Source: a virus. From it: a DNA stretch of 64,000 nucleotides. The stretch lies in IMG/VR virus record IMGVR_UViG_3300031857_000110; one strand, written 5' to 3'. The notes below the pieces were generated by a model. That model worked only from the letters and a program-made list of their open reading frames with translations, was not told where the DNA came from and searched no databases. This document shows, one piece after another, positions 58,955 to 64,000 of this stretch; position 1 is the stretch's first letter, and each line of letters begins with the position of its first letter. A program made the position numbers and the translations under genes.

Positions 58955-59497
58955 ATGTCTCAAATTCGTCTCACCGGCCTTGATCTATTGAAGCATCATA
59001 AAAGTCAACATGAAACAAGGCACTTAAAGGTGATGTTTGCTGGATATATTAAAGATGGATTTAAGCCATCATATACAGAATACTATTCAGCATTACTTCC
59101 ACTAATGTTATGGAATAAAAAGTATGAAAATACAATGAACAATGGAGGTTCTAAAATTGTTCAAAGTCTAGTGACACATCTGGTGGCGGGTGCAGATTAT
59201 CAGAAAGAAAATGATCGGGTGTGTTATTTGAGTAATGGTGATGCTGCTATTTACTATTATGGGCAGTTAATATGCATTGTAAATTTTAATAATAATTATA
59301 TAACGATTCAGCCCAATTTAATGAGAACAAAATCCACAAAAGAACGTTTGAATAGAATTTTGATGAAATTCACTGGATGTCAACTATTTCAAAAAGAAAA
59401 GAAGTGGTATGTTTATGATCCAGAAAGAGATCAAGATAGTTTAGTGCCTGAGGGAGCTTGCTTCAGAGTAGATTTTATCGGCTCCTGTCCAGAATAG
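58955..59497 (+). CDS. hypothetical protein, family C
   Basis: Paralog of 47936..48400. Confidence 0.5.
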   Translation: MSQIRLTGLDLLKHHKSQHETRHLKVMFAGYIKDGFKPSYTEYYSALLPLMLWNKKYENTMNNGGSKIVQSLVTHLVAGADYQKENDRVCYLSNGDAAIYYYGQLICIVNFNNNYITIQPNLMRTKSTKERLNRILMKFTGCQLFQKEKKWYVYDPERDQDSLVPEGACFRVDFIGSCPE

Positions 59498-59587
59498 GAC
59501 ATAAGAGATACTAATGCCTTAAGTGATTGACAGATCCCCTTAAGGCATTCTAAGATAATCAAGTAAACCAAGGGAGGTTCCCCAATC

Positions 59588-60004
59588 ATGGCTCAAACTT
59601 TCAACAATTGGTCTGAAGTTCCTGCATCAATTGAAGCAAAGATCCGAAAAATTTGGAATGGTGACGGAGCTTCAACATACGAAAAAAGTCATGATGAAAA
59701 CGGTGAAGAAATTACAGTCTATAAATTATCAGACTACAAAGTGATTTTCAATACTGATTTTTTGACCGATGCTCAGAAAATTAAATTCTTTGAGTTGGCA
59801 TGGACCTATAGATTAAATCTTGCAGACTTTCTGCATAATTTAACATTTGAACCTGAATGTGTAAGGATATATGATGAAGTATATCATATCCCCGGAATTG
59901 TTGTAGGAACCTGGCCACATTGCAACCTATATGGTGGGATGGATGAAAACGGACATATTCATACTCAATTATGGTTCAGCTTTCTTAAATCTTATCAGAG
60001 CTAA
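59588..60004 (+). CDS. hypothetical protein
   Basis: Promoter plus leader. Confidence 0.5.
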   Translation: MAQTFNNWSEVPASIEAKIRKIWNGDGASTYEKSHDENGEEITVYKLSDYKVIFNTDFLTDAQKIKFFELAWTYRLNLADFLHNLTFEPECVRIYDEVYHIPGIVVGTWPHCNLYGGMDENGHIHTQLWFSFLKSYQS

Positions 60005-60106
60005 AAACATGTAGGCCTATAAGAGATACTAATACCTTAAGGTCTTGACAAAAGCCCTTAAGGTATTTTAGTATAATCAAGTAAACACATCAGGGAGGTT
60101 CCCACC

Positions 60107-60439
60107 ATGATTGATTCTTTATATCAAGATGGAGAGATTAGATTTTTGAGGCATTTTTCTACAAGAGGAGGTAGATATATTTCAAATAGGCTAAATCTAA
60201 AGGGAAAAAATGCAGAAAAAATTAGCAATAGTCTGTCAGGTTTCTTCTGGAATTTACATGCTGCAATTGTGGTTAAAAATTTGAATGAAATGAAAGCCAA
60301 TAAAATTACTAATCCATATGTAAATGGCTGCAAAATGATATATGAAGAAATTCTTGAGAATCCGCAATATATGTTTCTTCCAAAATGGGTTAAGGACGAT
60401 TTAGTTATTGCTGGTAAATTTTTGAGTTACGAAAAATAA
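60107..60439 (+). CDS. hypothetical protein
   Basis: Promoter plus leader. Confidence 0.5.
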   Translation: MIDSLYQDGEIRFLRHFSTRGGRYISNRLNLKGKNAEKISNSLSGFFWNLHAAIVVKNLNEMKANKITNPYVNGCKMIYEEILENPQYMFLPKWVKDDLVIAGKFLSYEK

Positions 60440-60547
60440 GACAATCTTCCATCTCTAGGGTGACACTTTAAGAACCGGCACACCCTAGAGAACCTTCTGG
60501 CCCTTAGCTGCTGTAAAATAAGCAAGTAAACCACAAGGGAGGTTCCT

Positions 60548-60889
60548 TTGACTGCAACAATCTATCAACAATTACTTGAGCACTCTAAAGGTTTAATAGA
60601 GATTCATGAAACTGATTTAACCATTCACGATCAAAACAGAATAAAGACATTTGAGCCAGGTTCAAAATGGTTATGGGTTTGTTATCAGTGTGGAACATAT
60701 TTAACAAAATGGGAGAGTAAATTCACATCAGAACTTTTATATTATATCGTGGAGAGGAATGGCTGTCCAGATTGCAAAGTCTTCATCATTGAATGTAATG
60801 AAGAATTAAATGGAAATGTTATAGAGAAACAAGCAGCAGAATTGTGGATTCAAAAGAAATATGAGAATTCCTTATCAATAAAGGCTTGA
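60548..60889 (+). CDS. zinc-ribbon protein (CYQCG...CPDCK), TTG start
   Basis: Leader AAGGGAGGTTCC then TTG. Confidence 0.4.
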   Translation: MTATIYQQLLEHSKGLIEIHETDLTIHDQNRIKTFEPGSKWLWVCYQCGTYLTKWESKFTSELLYYIVERNGCPDCKVFIIECNEELNGNVIEKQAAELWIQKKYENSLSIKA

Positions 60890-60941
60890 CAAACCATACT
60901 CTTACCTGTAGTATTCTTTCACTCACATCAGAGAGGTTCTC

Positions 60942-61346
60942 ATGTTTTTAGGTAAACATCAAAAAGGTCTCATTACTTATCTCGTAAAACGGAAAAATTA
61001 CACTGGCATTTGTGGCCAAGATATGAGAGATGTTCTTAATAGGCTAGTAAAAAGAGGTATAATTAAGTATAAAAAAATTGAGTATAATTATGGAACATAT
61101 GAATATGAAGTAACATTAACTATTCCAGATATTCATTACATTACATCTGAAGAAGCTAATAATATGAATAGTTTTCAGCGATATAAAGAGCTTAGGGGTG
61201 AACCTTATAGAGAAGGATTCTTTTTTATTACAAACCCACAATTACTTTCTAATAAGACACATTATTCACGACAACATGAAGAATTTGGACCATTCTCTAG
61301 TATAGAAGAAGCTGTTGTATTTTATGCAAGTAATAGAAAATTTTAA
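60942..61346 (+). CDS. hypothetical protein
   Basis: Promoter 60886 plus leader. Confidence 0.5.
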   Translation: MFLGKHQKGLITYLVKRKNYTGICGQDMRDVLNRLVKRGIIKYKKIEYNYGTYEYEVTLTIPDIHYITSEEANNMNSFQRYKELRGEPYREGFFFITNPQLLSNKTHYSRQHEEFGPFSSIEEAVVFYASNRKF

Positions 61347-61530
61347 TAAAATGTGTTTTTAATCGTTTTTATTGATAATCATTCTCAATAAGGTGTTTTA
61401 AGTGTTTTATTGATCTTATTGATAATCATTCTCAATAAGGTGTTTTAAGTATATTGAAGGTCTTAAATGTTTTATTGATAATCATTCTCAATAAGGTATT
61501 TTAGGTATTTTAGGTATTTTAAGTGTCTTA
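61347..61530. repeat. three copies of an iteron-like palindrome TTATTGATAATCATTCTCAATAAGGT(G/A)TTTTA(A/G)GT plus GGTATTTTA tandem units
   Basis: Perfect inverted repeat TTATTGA/TCAATAA inside each of 3 direct repeats; followed at 61538..61639 by the distant inverted repeat ATCTTAGCGG ... CCGCTAAGAT. Confidence 0.85.
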
Positions 61531-61658
61531 TTGGTCTGATGATCTTAGCGGACTAGGACCACACACTCTAAGACACTCAAGGACAGAAGAAAAACCGGCA
61601 CAATAAAACCCACAGAACGATCATAACCGCTAAGATGTAAAAGTCATTCAATCATTCC

Positions 61659-61874
61659 ATGGCCACCCACAACATTTTTCCAGCCTACAAAGGGCTAGTT
61701 AAAGTGTCCAAACTGCGCAAAAAGATTGGCCAACAAAGATATACAATCTCAGCAAAAATCACCCCAGACTTTACATTTGAAACAATAATTCCAGCATATA
61801 ACAGAGAGGATGCAATTTTCCGTGCTACAGCATACTTTCCAAATGGAAGATTCGTCAAAGTGAATAACAAATGA
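61659..61874 (+). CDS. hypothetical protein
   Basis: ORF. Confidence 0.4.
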   Translation: MATHNIFPAYKGLVKVSKLRKKIGQQRYTISAKITPDFTFETIIPAYNREDAIFRATAYFPNGRFVKVNNK

Positions 61875-61962
61875 GACTGTGACACTTTAAGAACTGGCAT
61901 GTTCTCAACCACCTTTCCGCCTTTAGCTGTAGGATATGGAGGCAAACAAAGGGAGGTTTCCC

Positions 61963-62184
61963 GTGAAATTGATCAGTAATCACGAGGATAACATTAAAAG
62001 GGAGCTTTATACAATTGAAAATAATGGGGATAAATTTACACTCATTTGGTATGTTAATCCAACTACAAAAACAATTATTGATGTTGAACTGAGAGATGCA
62101 TCCGGGGTATCTGTTTTTGATCCTGCCTTACTTGAGGAGATTGAAACCTTTGTAGTTGATACACTTATTGAACGTCAATCTTAA
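61963..62184 (+). CDS. hypothetical protein (GTG start after GGGAGGTTTCCC leader)
   Basis: Leader homology. Confidence 0.4.
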   Translation: MKLISNHEDNIKRELYTIENNGDKFTLIWYVNPTTKTIIDVELRDASGVSVFDPALLEEIETFVVDTLIERQS

Positions 62185-62264
62185 GATAAGCATTTCTTAT
62201 CATAGACTCTAGAGTGCTCAAAGTGTGCTAGAGTCTTAACTATAAATCAAGGGAGGTTCCCGCA

Positions 62265-62648
62265 ATGGCTAAAGAAACCACATCACAGATTGTTTCAAAG
62301 TATAAGTGTCTCATTGTAAACATTTTAGCAGGAGCTAAAATAACCAAACCGACGGGTCTTGAGCTTATGGGGCAATTGAGTAATTTGTGGTCAGATGAAG
62401 AATTTAGCAGCTTGTCATTATATGCAAAGGAAGAACTATTTGAATACTCAGACAATAAAAGGATACAGCTTACTGATGAATATACAGTATCACTTTACAC
62501 TGATGATAATGGCAATAAAAGTATATCAAACAAAACCGAATTTGCATGTGAGCCATCCATTTATTGGTATGAAGTCAAAGAGATATGCTCAAATGATGGA
62601 ACAATGGTAATAATCAAAACACCTACAGATAAAGTATATCTTGAGTAA
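62265..62648 (+). CDS. hypothetical protein
   Basis: Leader GGGAGGTTCCCGCA then ATG. Confidence 0.5.
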   Translation: MAKETTSQIVSKYKCLIVNILAGAKITKPTGLELMGQLSNLWSDEEFSSLSLYAKEELFEYSDNKRIQLTDEYTVSLYTDDNGNKSISNKTEFACEPSIYWYEVKEICSNDGTMVIIKTPTDKVYLE

Positions 62649-62756
62649 GTCTTATAGGTATATTAAGCTCTCATAAGAGATGCTAATGCCTTAAGTGATT
62701 GACAGATCCCCTTAAGGCATTCTAGTATAGTCAAGTAAACCAAAGGGAGGTTCCCC

Positions 62757-62927
62757 ATGGCTAAAGAAAGTTTCAGGGAAAAGATCATCGGCTTGGCTAT
62801 AGGTTGTGATTATACACATGATGACTCCTGCGCAACATGGGAATCAATAGCACGGGAGCTGATTGCTCAGATGAGCGAACAAGATTGCCAGGATTTCTAT
62901 GATTATTTCATGGACAATTGCATGTAA
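62757..62927 (+). CDS. small protein (56 aa, below ORF-track cutoff) starting MAKES like its upstream neighbour
   Basis: Promoter 62699 plus leader AAAGGGAGGTTCCCC then ATG. Confidence 0.4.
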   Translation: MAKESFREKIIGLAIGCDYTHDDSCATWESIARELIAQMSEQDCQDFYDYFMDNCM

Positions 62928-62969
62928 CTGATAAGCTCCAATCTTTCCACCAACACCGCTTTTTTCACC

Positions 62970-63569
62970 ATGGCTAATTTGATTGATTCTGGAATTGACT
63001 ACGGAATGGGACGGACTAATGTTGATATGGATAATGGGATCCGTTACGGCTTCATTCCCGCTAATGATCTTGCATCCCACGCATGGGATACTATCATGAA
63101 CGACGGTGAAGATTTAGACTATACGGAAGCAATTGAAAATTTGAAAGATGAATTAGCTAGAACGATAAAAAGCACAGTGGAAGACTATGATCCCCGTTTC
63201 GACTGCAAACAAGCAGCAGAGGATATAGTGGATGCAATGGAATTTATTCTAGAGTCTAGCGGAGATTGCACAAGGTACAAATACGAAAATAAAGGGTTGG
63301 AATTTTCTACGTTATCCGATGGCGATTTAGTAGTGATAAAATCCCCGTACTTTACCTACTGCGGCCACTGTTCCCCTTGCGCGCCTGGTGGAGGTTATCT
63401 TAAGTCTGGGGGATCTGTAAAGACCTACTGTCTTGGACCGGAATGGTTTGACGAGAATTCCCCTATACCCTACGTTTGCTATAGAGTGTCAGACGGATCC
63501 CCCTTGTCTCCTCATGACTACTTGCATCCACAAGACGGGCTAGTTTTAACTGTTTCAATAGAACCTTAA
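62970..63569 (+). CDS. hypothetical protein (Cys-rich C-terminus)
   Basis: ORF. Confidence 0.45.
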   Translation: MANLIDSGIDYGMGRTNVDMDNGIRYGFIPANDLASHAWDTIMNDGEDLDYTEAIENLKDELARTIKSTVEDYDPRFDCKQAAEDIVDAMEFILESSGDCTRYKYENKGLEFSTLSDGDLVVIKSPYFTYCGHCSPCAPGGGYLKSGGSVKTYCLGPEWFDENSPIPYVCYRVSDGSPLSPHDYLHPQDGLVLTVSIEP

Positions 63570-63784
63570 AAGAATAAAGGAAATAAGGCAACCAAAATCT
63601 ATTAAGAGACTTCAATAAGCGATGGAATAATTCTAGTATTTGATTGCAGATACTCTGCTCATTATATCAATCCTTGTGGCTTTTAGGTATATCAGGCTCC
63701 CATAAGGTATTCTTATCATTCAAAGCTTGACAAGCCATAATTTTAGTCTTATTGTTCCTTTGTTCACTCATTCAGGTTTCAATC

Positions 63785-64000
63785 ATGCGCAAAATTGAAG
63801 AAAAGATGATTGATGCAATCAATTATCGCAAAAATTGGTCTTGCGATAACACAATGGTTGAGATTTTTGATAATGAAATTATCGTCAAATTACATTTTCA
63901 CCCCATCGCTAGAATTAATAAAAATAGCATTAAACTTTCATCGTTTGGTTATGAAACAAGAACCACAAAATCTAGACTTAATGCTATTCTTAGTCACTTT
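63785..64000 (+). CDS. family C paralog, 3'-truncated by window end
   Basis: Promoter 63727; FGYETRTTKSRLNAILSHF similar to the family C block. Confidence 0.4.
   Translation, partial: MRKIEEKMIDAINYRKNWSCDNTMVEIFDNEIIVKLHFHPIARINKNSIKLSSFGYETRTTKSRLNAILSHF

Noticed and set aside
61347-61530. Possible CRISPR array
   Set aside because: Only three units. The repeats are themselves palindromic operator-like sequences with tiny, similar spacers. No cas genes. Better explained as iterons or operators.

Overview
The window is AT-rich (about 34-36% GC by eye), densely packed and almost entirely + strand, with ATGA/GTGA stop-start overlaps. Its promoters are sigma70-like, it carries a bacterial-style class II tRNA, and many genes have a strong Shine-Dalgarno leader (AAGGGAGGTTCCC). 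This fits a large virulent (jumbo-type) bacteriophage genome segment rather than a cellular chromosome. Features I can support from sequence: a 2044-aa Ser/Thr/Gly/Asn-rich structural protein with an N-terminal beta-helix-like region (probable tail fibre or spike), and tRNA-Leu(UAA) without an encoded CCA. RNA-related genes include a tyrosyl-tRNA synthetase with HIGH and KMSKS motifs and a C-terminal S4 domain, a CCA-adding tRNA nucleotidyltransferase (GGAVRD motif), and two RNA-ligase-like nucleotidyltransferases, one with an N-terminal tRNA-binding OB domain. Next to these lie a T4-Pnk-like P-loop polynucleotide kinase, a calcineurin-type phosphoesterase and a Toprim protein. Together these look like a split Pnkp-type RNA/tRNA repair cassette. 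Other calls are an SF2 DExH helicase, an SF1 UvrD-like helicase, a DEDDh exonuclease, a DprA/SLOG-like protein, an HNH endonuclease, an RHH regulator and an SPFH membrane protein. The most striking features are three. First, a family of at least 14 paralogous small genes (about 120 aa) has near-identical N-terminal (MKISTTHKRFADRL..LEYPERFLGPNWKNVLNFWIYLDTLS) and C-terminal (ELIGSHKLESLKFLPLFLNL) blocks but two hypervariable internal segments. The members are scattered from 16 to 47 kb, often as tandem overlapping pairs. Some are fused to other domains, including one with a perfect JAMM (HxHx7Sx2D) metalloprotease motif. Second, an operon-like block (36.9-40.4 kb) contains that JAB fusion, an E1/ThiF-like adenylyltransferase, a GC-rich beta-grasp-sized protein and two unknowns. 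This is a candidate ubiquitin-like conjugation or deconjugation system. Third, the region from 43 to 64 kb is an array of small genes. Each is preceded by a reiterated cassette made of a hairpin, a near-consensus TTGACA-N17-TATAAT promoter embedded in covarying inverted repeats, and a conserved GGGAGGTTCCC leader. A second reiterated motif, GTGACACTTTAAGAACTGGCAC, also occurs there. Three palindromic iteron-like repeats at 61.35-61.55 kb may mark an origin or operator.
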